Assembly: GCF_009834535.1 (NCBI RefSeq)
Contig: NC_045696.1
Location: 95,544,001 to 95,608,000 of the forward strand
Length of the DNA: 64,000 bases
DNA from: Camelus ferus
Lineage: Eukaryota
Direction: 5' to 3'
Shown: piece by piece, positions 24,765 to 37,350 of the stretch
Layout of the letters: every line of letters begins with the position of its first letter
Position numbering within the stretch: position 1 is the stretch's first letter
The notes under the pieces: model-generated
Database searches by the model: none
What the model was told of the DNA's origin: nothing
Seen by the model: the letters and a program-made list of their open reading frames with translations, nothing else
Translations under genes and position numbers: made by a program

Positions 24765-24940
24765 GAGTGCAGACTCTTGAAATAGAATATCAGGTTCAAA
24801 TTTTGTCTCTACCAATTGCTGTGTGACATTTAGCAAGTTACCCTTTCTGTACCTCAGTTTTGCCATCTGTAAAGCACAAATAATAGGAGTACTTATACAT
24901 AAGCCTATACTGTGGAGTTAAAATATGACTTAAAATGCTG
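24765..24940 (+). mobile_element. MIR SINE
   Basis: 'caggttcaaattttgtctctacc...gctgtgtgac...gtacctcagttttgccatctgtaaa'. Confidence 0.75.
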
Positions 24941-25970
24941 CCAGCCTTGATTACTATTAAATTTGTTAGGAAATAGAACAGGGTATTTTATGAATAATTA
25001 CAGTGGGGCCACATGAGTCAGTCTTGCTCAGTGGGTATGGAGGGGTCTATGCTTCCATGATTTCTTTCCCTCTTCATCACAGAGATGAACCTAGTGGGAC
25101 AAATAGGCATAAGGAAATAATCATGCCTAAGACAGTTCTGTATCTTTGTGCCTCTATCCAGTACAGGGGGCAAGGGAGAGTGGTGAGGTGGCAGTTTTCC
25201 CACAGGACAATAATTGATTTTTATAAATAAATATACATTTTAAAAATAAAGTGTAAGTAATGCCATCCAGAAAACTTTACAGAACAGTGTTTAAATGTAA
25301 GCCTCTGGATTAGTGTCATTTCTATTTTGCAGGAGAGTGAGAGTGATGCAGAATGATTTCTAGTCCAAGAAGCAGAAGCAGAAGCAGCTGGAGTACAAAG
25401 ACAACACATCTTCCAGTCTATGGGCTCTGATGCCAACAACTTGCAATGCAACAATGGAACTAAATCACTAGACAAAGTAAATTATTAGACTTAAAATTAC
25501 TGAAATACCCCAAGATGAATTAAAATTTATCTACTTTCTGAATGAAGCATTCAAAATGCAAAAGCAAGGCTAATCTTTCCTTTTCCCTCTCACCAGTTTT
25601 GCATATACCTCTCCTACAGCAATTATCACAATCTCTCAATTGATCGTTTGCCTCTGAAAACAAATGGTGTCTTGTTATTTCCAAATCACCAAAGTTTTTA
25701 TCACAGCACCTTTCCCAGGAAGTGAACCCAAGTTTTTTTTTAATAAATGCATGAAATTATTTGTAAAACCTGGAAGTACTGTATAATGTTTAATGAACGT
25801 GTGTTTTTGGTAATACCTACTATGCCCTTATTGAATGAAGCTTGATGCTGTTTATTTAAAAAATTAAGCAATTAAGCTCAGACTCTGAGCTTACTGAAAA
25901 TATAAATGATTTCTTACTAACATCTACATTCCCAGGTTCTCTTGACAGTTCCATGTGTGTATATTATGTA

Positions 25971-25971
<1 letters not shown>

Positions 25972-26006
<35 letters not shown>
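25972..26006. repeat. (TA)n microsatellite
   Basis: Direct reading. Confidence 0.95.
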
Positions 26007-26011
<5 letters not shown>

Positions 26012-26235
26012 AATAAATAGGTGCACAAAAATGTTATTAAACCTGATTGATTATTGAGGATTATCGGATACAACTATTTCCTAAGAAATTAAGAAAACAG
26101 TTGTTGACATTTCTTAAGGGCTTTTTAAAATTTTTTGTGATGAAAACTTAAGATGCATTATTTTATTTAATCTTCACAGCAAATCTATGTATTTTTACCT
26201 AATATAAATGTGTATTATCACCTATTATGAATGTT

Positions 26236-26892
26236 CCTTATAAGGAACATTGTTATTGGATTTAGGACCATCTGGATAATCCACCCAAGAAAGTTATTTA
26301 CATCTACAAATAAGGTCACATTCACAGGTCCTGGAGCTTAGGATATGGCCATATCTTTTTTGGAGGTCACCATTCAACTCACTACAGTGTTGTAACAAAA
26401 TATCATAAACTTAGTGGCCTAAAAGAATACAATAATATATGGTCTTACAGTGCTGCGTGTCAGAAGTCTGACACTAGCTAGCCTCACTGGGTTAAAAATC
26501 AAGATATTGGCAGGACTGTGTTCCTTTCTGGAGACTCTAGAAGTGCATCTGTTTCCTTGCCATTTCCAGATTCAAGAAGCTGTTCACATTTCTTAGATCA
26601 TGGTCTCCTTCCTCCTTCTTTAAAAGCCAGCAACACTGCATTTCTCTGACCCTTTTCTGTCATCACATCTGTCTATGAATACAGTTAGGGAAGGGGGTTT
26701 TTTGATTGTTTGTTTTTTAGTTTAGGAACTCATGATCAGAGTGGCCCCACAAGGGTAATCAAGGACAGTCTTCTCAGCTCAAGAAACTTAACCACACCCC
26801 CGCAACCCCTTTTGCCATGTAAAATAACATACTCAGAGGTTTCCGAGATTAGGGCATCACATCTTTAGAGGGCCATTATTCTGCCTACCACA
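26236..26892 (-). mobile_element. Two adjacent MaLR LTR pieces: MLT1 fragment 26236-26386 and MLT1C/D-like 26387-26892
   Basis: 'ataaggtcacattcacagg...cattcaactcactaca' then 'cataaacttagtggcct...gggccattattctgcctaccaca'. Confidence 0.85.
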
Positions 26893-27149
26893 CAATGCCT
26901 AAGACCTGGAATTGCTTCAGAACCATGTTTGAAGATGTATTTGAAGATCAGTGATGCTACTATCCTTACAGGAGCTGAAGATTGTGTGCTTATCAATGGA
27001 AGCCAGGAGACAAGCCCTGGACAACCAGACACCTATCCTATTAAGGCTACAGTCCTCGCTCTACTAGTCATTTCGTCTCACTGCTATTTCTATTATAAGC
27101 TCCAGGTCATCCCTGATGAAACCTGAATAGTCTAAAGAGATTGAATTGT

Positions 27150-27616
27150 TATTAAATTCCTGTTTAGATCAGACCACAGTGGTTCCTCAAGGTGCCACGA
27201 TGGTAGATAATTCCTCTAAAGGACCATCACCCAACAAATTGGCTCTGCACCACCAGTATTATAGTTTTCTGAGTACATTAACATAAGTATTTACCTACAG
27301 TCAAGATGGACACCAGGATGGCTGGACTGAGACGGATTCCTGGTGTCCCCTGACTCATAGACTTTAAACCACCAAACACCCTTCAACTGTGGTTTGTTAT
27401 CAGGGCAAAACAACAGGTCCTATTTTTTTTTTTTAACCATAGAAGTAATATTCCTGGCTAGGGCCTTTGATGAACTTCATCCTGTTCTAACTGAACAGGT
27501 TTTAAAAACTGAACTTATTTTAGGTCTTATGTAGCCCATTTCCTTTCAAAAATGTACTTGAATAATTTATTCAGAATTGTTTTCTGCTGCATGAAACTTA
27601 GAAAGCTGAATGATAC
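27150..27616 (+). mobile_element. Old ERVL-type LTR (MER21/MER77-like), tentative
   Basis: 3' end 'ttttctgctgcatgaaacttagaaagctgaatgatac' resembles ERVL LTR ends. Confidence 0.35.
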
Positions 27617-28514
27617 GGAAGCTTTTTCAGTCTGTTTAATATGCTAGACTTTACTGTAGAGAAAGGCTTAGTCTTTCAATGTGATTTTAATTCTTTCAGA
27701 CATTTTCATTTTGCCTCCATATGTTGCAATATTTTAATTATAATATTGCTGTTTTCCATCAAGTTATATGACCTAATATGTCATTTCTCTTTGATGTCTA
27801 GTTAGTATTTGGCCCAACTGGACCAAATTTAAAAAGATAGATTTAGTTTAAAGAATACCAAAAATAAAACAAATTGGCTATAGCTATTCATAAGGGAGAC
27901 ACCATCTTCTATTAAAATGACCTTCTGCAATTTGATTAACCCCTCTGGGTATCAGTTTCTTAACTTTTTATTGTGACAAGCAAGGGAAATGACATCAAAT
28001 ATTATGTGTGAAAACATGGCTCTCATTTAGTAGGTGCTTGATAAATGCCTGACTGCTGACAATAACAGATTTTGGTAAAATTATTATTTTATATGATTAT
28101 TTATAGTTTTCAATAATAAATCTTTAAAAAGCATTTTGAAAGAGGTTCAGAAAAACTGACCATCTGGCTCAGAATACTTACTATATGTAGTTGGGATGTT
28201 ATGAAGGACAAGCATAAAGCAACAGTATTCTAAGATCAAAGTCTTAGAATGGATCCCTACTGATTGAGTATATAAAAAATGAATCTTTACTCTTTAAAAG
28301 CATTTCTGTTTTGGGGAAAAAAAAACTATGAGCTATTGGACTGCCTAGTGAAACAAAAGAATTCAGTGCTTAATTTATTATACTACTGCTTCTCTTAATC
28401 CATAGAGAGTACCTCTTGCAGTGACCTGGAAGCTGCCCTTGACAGAGCCAAACTTGTGATGCGTATCTTAAACATTTACAATTATTAGTTCCAGATTTTA
28501 GCTTTGAGGCTTAC

Positions 28515-29060
28515 ATCACTCAGGATCCAAACAGGAAAATAGAAAACTCTAAGAATTTAAACCAGAGGGGATTTGGTTACACAAGTGATGAGATGGCTGA
28601 GAAGTCAAATAAAGTACATGAAGGCAACCCAGAGATTAACAACAGCAGAAAGCTACTATTGACCTAGGCTGTAGAGCCAAAGGGAGGATGTATTATGAAA
28701 TTCTAGGGGCTGAAATCACTAAAGGAAGCTAGAAACACATCAGGCTTGTCTGGTGTGAACTAGAGGAATAGACACATCCATGGCTGGAGGCACCATCTAA
28801 AAGAGAGAAAGAGGGGAAGAGAAAGCACAAGTAAGAGAAAAAGAAAGAGGAAAAGATGAGAAAGAAAAAGAGAAATATCACCCAAGGCAGAGAAAGAGAA
28901 AATTACTTTGACTTCTTTCTCCCATCCTTCAGTCTCCCACAAGAGTCTTGACTGGCTGAACTCAGTTTAAAGTCAGCCTGGTAAATGGATTCTGCAGGGA
29001 TCAGCCATTGTGAAAAAGAACAGGGGAGAGCTGGAAAAAAAAATGTAACTGAATGCTAAT
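28515..29060 (-). mobile_element. Old ERVL LTR (LTR33/LTR41-like)
   Basis: 'caggatccaaacaggaaaatagaaaac...atttaaaccagagggg...ggcaacccagagattaacaacagcag'. Confidence 0.5.
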
Positions 29061-29199
29061 AGGTCCAGAAATGGCTCTCAGCCCAGAGTAGTTTTATCAA
29101 TTCTCAGAATAGCCCTAGTTCTTACAAAACATTCCCTAGATTGGGGAAGGAAGTAAAAGTATCATAGGTATTTCTGAAAGTTCAATAATCATGATATCT

Positions 29200-29720
29200 T
29201 TCTTTAACCCTGTATACCAATTCCACTGTCTGTTCTCCACTGTTGCCTTTCTAAACCTTTCTCCTGAAATGCTGCAGTGGCTTTCTAGGTAGGATCCCCA
29301 CATTTTATACTGTGAAAAAATTGATGGAGTTCATCAGACAAAAATTCTTTTCAAATTGCACATTAAATTATGTTACTTTCCACTCACCATTTTACTCCTC
29401 AATGCCTTCCTATTACTCCTGGGATAAAGATCTACGTCTCTAATTTGATTTATAAGGCCCTATGTGGCCTGGCCTCTTTCTGTTTCTACAGGTTCATTTT
29501 TGATTGCTCTCCTTCTTACATTTGGTTTCAACCATTCTGACATTTTTATAGTTTAAAAAAATGTGCCATTCTACCTTTCATTAGCTGATCATTACATATG
29601 ATATTCCCTCTACTTGGAACTTTTTTTATGATTAGCACTTCCTGGCTCCTGGTTTTATATTTTTAAATCATGTGTACGTTTTCTCAGAATTAATTACTAT
29701 ATACTGTAATCGCATGTTTG
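29200..29720 (+). mobile_element. L2 fragment
   Basis: 'ctcaatgccttcctattactcctgggataaa...ataaggccctatgtggcctggcctct'. Confidence 0.7.
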
Positions 29721-29969
29721 AAATGGAGTGGTGTATCACTGATGCCAATTCTACCCAAGAGAGGTCCTAGGGACATTCTTTTTCATAATACCAATGTTCT
29801 TCTGTGGATTTCCCTTCCTATCCAAGCCTCTGTCAAAGTTCCCCTTATTAAATTCATTCACATTGAGAAGTTTCAGCCATCTCCTGCCAGGATTGTGACT
29901 GGCACATAACTTTTTTAGTTTTTCAGGGCAGTAGAGCAATTTCTTTTTTGATATAGGCACTAAGTCCTG

Positions 29970-30136
29970 GAGTGTGAATCAAGGGAACAGAACAGAAAGT
30001 TTAGATCTATAGATCTATATATCCATGTGTATACAGTCAACTGATTTTTTGACAAAAGTGCCTAAGCAATTCAAAGGGGGAAACAATAGTCTTTTCAATA
30101 AAAGGTGTTGAAAAGTTAAACACCTATGTGCAAGGA

Positions 30137-30185
<49 letters not shown>

Positions 30186-30193
30186 AGAAGAAA

Positions 30194-30249
<56 letters not shown>

Positions 30250-31605
30250 GAAGAAAGAAAGGAAGAAAGGAAGGAAGAAAGAAAGAAAGAAGAAAGAAAA
30301 AGAATAAAAGAAAAAGAAAAAATCAAACTAGACTCTCTTATCTCTCACACTATATAGAAAAATTCACTCGAAATAGATTATACATCTAAATATAAAAGAT
30401 ATAACTCTAGAACTTCAAGAGGAAAACACAGGGAAAATCTTAGTTACTTAGTTGGACAAAGATTTCTGAATGATGCCACAAAATACATAAACTACAAAAA
30501 GATAGTTAATAAATTAAACTTTATCAAAATTAAAATCATTTTCTCTTCAAAATATATTCTCAAGACAATGAAAATGCACACCATAGACTGAGAGAAAACA
30601 TTTGCAAAATATATGAAAGCACTTATATCTAGAATATGTAACTTTAAACTTAATAATAAGTAGACACACAGCCCAGTTGAAAAATAAAGGTCTGAATAGA
30701 CACTTCATCTATATATATAGATATAGGATATATAAATATAAATATATGGATAGCAAATAATCCCATTAAAATATATTCAACATAATTCAATGTTAGGGAA
30801 ATACAAATTAATTCCATAATAAGACTCCACCATACTTACAATAAAATATCTACAATTCAAAAGATTGACCATACTCAGTCTTGGAGAATATGTAGAGCAA
30901 CTTAAATTCTCATACGCTGTTGAGAATATAAAATGGTGCTACTGTTTTAGAAATAGTTTGGCAATTTCATAAAATGTTAAATGCACATTTGCCATACGAC
31001 TTAAACATTTTTCTAGTTATTACCCAAGAAAATGGAAAGCATATGTCCATAAAAGTCCTGCACTCAAAAAAAAAAAAAGTCCTGCACTAAAATGTTCATG
31101 ACAGCTTGACAACTTTATTTTTGATACCCAAAATCTAGGAACAATTTTAATATCCATCAAAAGATGGATGTCTAAAAAATTGTAGTTTATCATACGATGG
31201 AATACTATTCAGTAATAAAATAAAAACAACCATAGATAAATGCAACAACATGTCTGAATCACAAAATAAACATACTGAATAAAACAAGTAAGACCAAAAG
31301 ACAGGACAAAATACTATATGATTATACACATATATAAACTTCTATAAAATGCAAACCAATCTCTAGTAGCAGGAAACAGGTCAGTGACAAAACACTAAAT
31401 GGGAGTAGAGAAGGTTGTGAAGAAAGGAGAAGGAATTAAAAAGGAGAAGGAAATTTTAGGAGGTTATAGATATGTTCATTAACTTGATTGCAATGACGGT
31501 TTCATTTGTGTATATATTTGCCCAAATACATCAAATGTTACACTTGAAATATATACGGTTTATTGTATGCCAATTCAATCTCAATAAAGCTGTTAAATTT
31601 AAAAA
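29970..31605 (+). mobile_element. Old L1 (L1MC/MD-type) ORF2 end and 3' UTR
   Basis: 'caactgattttttgacaaaagtgcc...gtcttttcaataaa', ending 'tattgtatgccaattcaatctcaataaagctgttaaa'. Confidence 0.85.
30132..30322. repeat. Compound (GA)n/(GAAA)n/(GGAA)n purine tract
   Basis: Direct reading; source of the low-complexity ORFs. Confidence 0.95.
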
Positions 31606-31619
31606 AGTATATTCCAACC

Positions 31620-31990
31620 CAGTGTTTCACACTTAAAAAACTAAAACTTTAACACTTTGTAGATCATTTTCTACCAATACATAGAAACATGCCTTTTTCT
31701 TTTCTTAAATCATTGCTTTGTAATCCATTAGATGGATATACATAATTTACTTAAATAATATCTTACTGATATATACCGGAATTTTTTTCAATATTTTGGT
31801 ATGAATAATACTCTGGTAGTGAACAAACTTGTATGTAAATTATTTTTAACATGTGTACAAGAATGTCATAGGACAAATCCAGAGGTACATTTATGAGATC
31901 AAAGCTTATATATATTTATAAGATATATATATTATTGTGATTCAGCAAATTGACCTGATAAGATTTGGACCAATTTACTCTCCCATAGGT
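31620..31990 (-). mobile_element. L1ME fragment
   Basis: 'gatggatatacataatttactta...tggaccaatttactctccca'. Confidence 0.65.
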
Positions 31991-31999
31991 TTTTATTTC

Positions 32000-32570
32000 T
32001 TCATTAATCACATTACTTCAATTTCTCTCTTTAATACCTGAAGCCCTCCCTTCACTTCTGAAACTATATTCCTTTCACCAATTTGTCCTCTTAATTCTGT
32101 GAATAAAATATCTCACAAATTCCACTGGCCTTGCTTTAGTTAAGACTTTCATTAAGACACACAGACTCTTATAAAAGACTCCTAATTGGTTACTCTGGCA
32201 CCTCTTTTTCTCGTTTATCCATCTTTCACACAGTCACCACCTGTCTCAAATCACAAAATAGTCACATCACTGCTGCGATGAACTCCTTATGGGCTTCCCC
32301 ACCAACCACAGAACCCATTTACAAACATGTCCAGTTTTACACAATCTGGAGCCAGCAAGCCGCTTACATTTCTTTCTCCAACAAGATTCCCACTACTCAC
32401 ACATTTATGCTTTTATCCGGCACTGAAATTATTGTGTCTGCCAAACATGCCACTATGTCCCACTCTTCTGTCTTTGAACATGGCATTTCTCTTTATGAGG
32501 ATGCCTCCCCTCCTGTCTCCGACTAGGAAATTCCTACTCTTCCTTTAAGAAAAACTTAATTGTGGCTTAA
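32000..32570 (+). mobile_element. L2 fragment
   Basis: 'gactcctaattggttactctggc...catggcatttctctt...ttcctactcttcctttaag'. Confidence 0.65.
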
Positions 32571-32620
32571 GTGATATCTGACACTGTTCCTTTAAATAAT
32601 CTCACATACACATGCGCGTG

Positions 32621-32645
32621 CACACACACACACACACACACACAA
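32621..32645. repeat. (CA)n microsatellite
   Basis: Direct reading. Confidence 0.95.
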
Positions 32646-33737
32646 GAACGCATCACTCTGAAAAAGGAAGTCTTACAGGCAATCCTGTTCACTGAAAGAT
32701 TCATAATGCTGAGTTAATAAATCACAATTCTTGATCAATAAAACCTTTGTTCAGAGCATTAGCAAAACCACCTCACCCACCTGAGACAATACTATCAGAA
32801 AACCAATGGGTAAAAGATAGTGAAAAAGGACAGGCTGTGGCAACAGGAAGCTTCCTAGTTGACATGCACACTGTGGGTTGTGATTTTGAAGTTAACTAAG
32901 GTTGATTTAAAATGTTGAGAAGCTGAAAATTAAGAGATAAAACTTATGTCTGTCTACTTGCAAGCTATGTGTACTCATTATACTCTGGAAATTGGGACTT
33001 TTGTCCAACTACAATTCTGGGAAGTTGTTTTTATCATCATTTAAGAACAGAATAAGGGAAACTATATTGTTTTTGACAAGTACTGGGCATTGCTTGGTCT
33101 CTGTTCTTTGATTAGTAGCAGAAAAAAATTAACAATATTCTTATGAAGGAAAAAAACTATAGAGCAAAGTAAACAAAAGTCATAATTAACACTCCGAAGT
33201 AAAAGGTATCACTCAGACTTATTTACTATAGGTATCACAATACATTTCAGAAAGTTGTTTTATACAGTTTTATTAGGATGGAACAAGGCAGAAATATTTG
33301 AAAAGGAAAAAAAAAATAACATCTCAAGATTAAAAAAAAACAAATTTAACTCTTTCAAGGAAATTAAAACTTTATAGTGGAATTAAAAACTGTGTTGTTG
33401 ACAGTAAAGGAGAGACCTGACCCAGCAAAATAACAGAACCATAAAAACCAGTTACATGATTTTTAAAAAACACTTGAGAAGAACAGATATTAAATAAAAC
33501 AAAACAAAATGTATTCAGAAGAAAATTTTCTGATGATGAAAAATATTGTCTTTTCAAATAAGGGGAATTTAAATGCCAAGACTAATTAAGAAAGTTATGG
33601 CTAGACAAATCCTAGCAAACATGTGCACTGCAATGATACAAGGAAAAAAAATTACAAAAAGTTTTGACAGAGAAGAACTGAGACCCTCGTCTCCCAATTT
33701 TATATTCAGTTATAAGCTTGTTCATACCCAGTGAAAC

Positions 33738-34253
33738 TGTAATAGGGACAAACAAATCTGACTCCACATTAGATCTGTTCCTTTTGCTCTAACACTGTGT
33801 TCTGTTCCTGTGCTTAGTCATACTGGTTCTGCAACTTAAAAAAAAAAAGGTTGCCTATACTCTGAAATATACAGGATAGTCCATTCTCCAAGGCTCCAAG
33901 CTTTAATGGTATAACACTTTTCCATTCATATAGAGATAAAAAGTTGCAGAACAGAGAATAACATTTGTTTTATTGGAGGTTTAAAGGAAATCATGACCTG
34001 AACTACTGGGACAGCTGCAAGAACAAAGGATTCTGATATCAAGAAGTTTGCAACAACCAACCACACTCCCCTCCCCTTTTAGTATAAAAGGGGCCTGAAT
34101 TCTGACTTGGGTAAGATGCTTCTCTAGGATGCTAGTCTCCCATCTTCTCTGTCTGCTGGCTTTCCAAATAAAGCCATTATTCCTTGCCACAACACCTCAT
34201 CTCCCAATTCATTGGCCTGTCATGTGGCAAGCAGGAGTTTGGACTCGATAACA
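33738..34253 (+). mobile_element. ERV1-type solo LTR, relatively young, inserted into old L1 sequence
   Basis: TG...CA termini; perfect 4-bp TSD AAAC (33734-33737, 34254-34257); TATAAAA at ~34083; AATAAA at 34167. Confidence 0.9.
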
Positions 34254-35269
34254 AAACAATTTTAATTATCAAGTAACCCATAACCAAAAAATATACATTC
34301 AAATTTCATTATCACTTACATTATTCTAAACATGTTGACTGGTTCAATTTTAAAAATAAAGAAGCAATCATTATTAGAAAGGGATAAGAGAAAGTATTAT
34401 TTTTAATATATCTATAGAGCTATTTAAGTTAAATAGAATTAACAAAACTTCTTAAAATTAAAAAAAATTCTGTGAAGGAGGCAACTCTAAAAAAATTAGA
34501 GTTTTAGTTTCCTATATATCTTATCTACATAATGTATGTATCAATTTTTTTATATCACAACAAAAAACAAAAGCTAGGAATTAGTCTATAAAAATGGACT
34601 AACCATATGAAATCAGAGAAAGAAAAAAAAGAAAGGAAGGGAGGAAGGAAAGAAGGAAAGAATATCAGCTTTTTGATAGGCAATCTAAGAAATGAGCAGA
34701 CAAAGTTTGTTTTTGTATACAAACGTCATATAACGTTCATGTAAAGTTGAAAGATGTTAGAGTAAAGCTATAAAGAGTTTTGAGTAAAAAAACCTATAGA
34801 ACAGTAAGCCAGGAGATATGTAATTTTAAACTAATTTCAGGAAGAGAAACAACTCCCTAAGCACTAAAGCAAAAAAAAGAAGAAAAAAACCTGAAGGAAA
34901 ACACTGAGTAGCAAATTTAGCCTAAAAATGAAATGGTATACAATATATATAATATTAAATTGTACATTCCTAATAGATCAAGAGCCCTAACAAATTAATA
35001 GGGGAAATATTAACATTCTACCAATTAGAGAACACAGAGGAAATATTCACAAAAGAAAAACAAATGACCAACTGAAGTACATAAAAGAAAATGTTCTACC
35101 TGTCTTGTTGTTACAAATATCACCCTATAATACCCTCTTCCATATATACACTAGTGTAACTGACCCTTAAGATTATTTGACAACATATTAATATATTTAA
35201 ATTTTCATGACCTACTATGCTAGCTTTAAGACAATTTCCTATGGAAATAATCCAGAATTGACACATGCA

Positions 35270-35590
35270 ATTTGCCAATGGGAGTCTCCAGCAGCTCAGA
35301 AATCAGGAAGAGCATGAGATAAGGATATTTACTTCTCTCTCCTTGCCACAGTGCTACCAGTTAGCTGATTTCACCCACTCAAGGCCACTGTATTTACTGA
35401 GCTGACTTCTCCAGATCCTGGCAACAACACTCCCTATGCTTGCTGACTGCAGTCCTAAGGCTCCCTGCAAGTGCCCTGTGATTTCCCTTAACTCTGCCCC
35501 TACCTTTATAAATATCCTCTTCACTAAGCTTTCCTCAATAATATCACTTGAGTATTCTGTTTCCTGATGGTCTCTTGCCTGGTGTACCCC
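35270..35590 (+). mobile_element. LTR33-like ERVL LTR
   Basis: 'ccttaactctgcccctacctttataaatatcctcttcactaagctttcctca...ctgtttcctg'. Confidence 0.6.
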
Positions 35591-36169
35591 TAAAATCTCA
35601 TATATCACATATCACTTAAAAATCAGATCTTAAAAGAAAGGGTATTTATTTTCACAGTGTTGCCACTGGGTGGCTCCTAATTAGTGGCTCTTTTTGCTGA
35701 ATCATTACCGTCTAGCCCACTGTAAGGAAAACAGTGACGGGGCTCTCAACTATTTTATCCAACCTTTAGGCCAACCTGAGGAGACGAACTCAATATGTCT
35801 CTTTTATATATTGCCTGTGAATTAAAAGCAGATGTTCAGTTCTGAGGTGGATACAGATGGTACTACAGTTAGTTTAAACTGATTCCCCAGCATTTGTGCA
35901 TCTACACTGAAAAAGATAAATGAACTCATTGTGTTTTCCATTCATATTTTAGGTGACATTTCCTCTGCTTCTGATTATCAGCCTTGTTGAGTATTCGTAG
36001 GTTTTATTCATAATCTTCATAATTTGCCATATAGTTTCATTCTAAGTTTACTAATAGTAATATACAATTTTTATTCAATATAGTGTATCCATTTAAATCC
36101 TCAGGAAAAGAAATTTTCTAGGCATTAGCTAACAATACTATTCAGATTTTATCAAGATTCATTTGTCCA

Positions 36170-36700
36170 GTTCACCTAACCTGTAACTCAGTAATTCTAT
36201 TCATAGGTATCTACTTAAGATAAATGAGTGTACATGTCTAGTAAAAGACATGTACAAAAATGTTCATAATGGCTTTATTATAATAGCCAAACACTACAAT
36301 CATCAAGAGGAAAATAGGTACATAAATTGTAAATTGTAGTATAATAGATAACTACACAGTGATTAGCAAAAAAACTAGTGACTTCCACAATAGCATAGAT
36401 GAACCAGATTATATTTAGTAGAGAATGCCAGACACAAAAAAAGTACCTATTGTATGATTCCATTTATATGTGCTTTGGAGTGGGAAAAACTAACATATAG
36501 TCAGAATAAACGTTGTCTCTTATGCCAGTATTAAAAAGGGAGGACACAGAGTGCTAAAATTATTTTATAGACTGATGTGGGTGGTAGTTACACAAGTATG
36601 CATATATGTTAAAATTCATTGAGATGTTTACTTATGTGTACTTATGATTTTTGCACTGAATTCCTCTTCCTGTATGATTTTTTACCTCAAGTTAAAAGTT
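36170..36700 (+). mobile_element. Old L1 3' end (L1MC/ME)
   Basis: 'gtaactcagtaattctattcataggtat...tgtatgattccatttatatg...aaaattcattgag'. Confidence 0.75.
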
Positions 36701-36959
36701 TTTGTTTTTGAAAAGTTTTAGTTGCTCAGCATAGAAAATACCAGGTAAGTTACACCTTTATGAACTTTTTTTCTTAAATTAAAAGGCTTATTTTGAGGCC
36801 ACTGCTATATAGAATATTACTTACACGTTTATTTCCTCACTAAATTTTCATAAAATCCATGAAAATTTCAAAGAAGTTATATAAGTTGCTCAGAGAAGTG
36901 AATAAGTAGCTTCAATAATAAATGGTAGAAACAGGCTTCAACTCCCTTCTGCTATTACT

Positions 36960-37350
36960 ATCTTAGATTGAATTCCCTGGAAACAGACTCTAAGATGAAG
37001 ATTAGTGCGTAAGGGGTCTATTGGAAAGTACTCTTGGGAACAACATCCATGAGGGCGTGTGAGCAGCACAACTAGGGAGAGGTTCAGTTGAAATTCAGTT
37101 GCAACAGAGGCCTTAGCCCATTCCATGGAGGAGCTCTGGAGAGGGATGCCATTCCCACTGGAAAAGAAGGGACAGTGCATTGATGGGTCTGATGGATAGG
37201 GACTGAGCCAGGATAGGGAACGATCTTGAGTAGAAGGATACGATAAGGTTCTTGTTAATGAGTTTTCAAGAAAACTCAGAGGGAAATATATATGCAGGAT
37301 AACCAAAACTAAGAGGCTGTGACCCTCCCAGATGCTCCCTCAGTGTACAA
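36960..37350 (-). mobile_element. LTR16-family ERVL LTR
   Basis: 'ccctggaaacagactctaagatgaagattagtgc...gtactcttgggaacaac...gcaacagaggccttagcc'. Confidence 0.75.

Noticed and set aside
25333..25476. Exon-like unit (ttttgcag|GAGAGTGAG...aaa|gtaaat)
   Set aside because: Stops in all three frames and a weak donor; at best non-coding.
30015..30389. Charged and hydrophobic low-complexity ORFs (also 52312-52557 and 61959-62532)
   Set aside because: Microsatellite translations.
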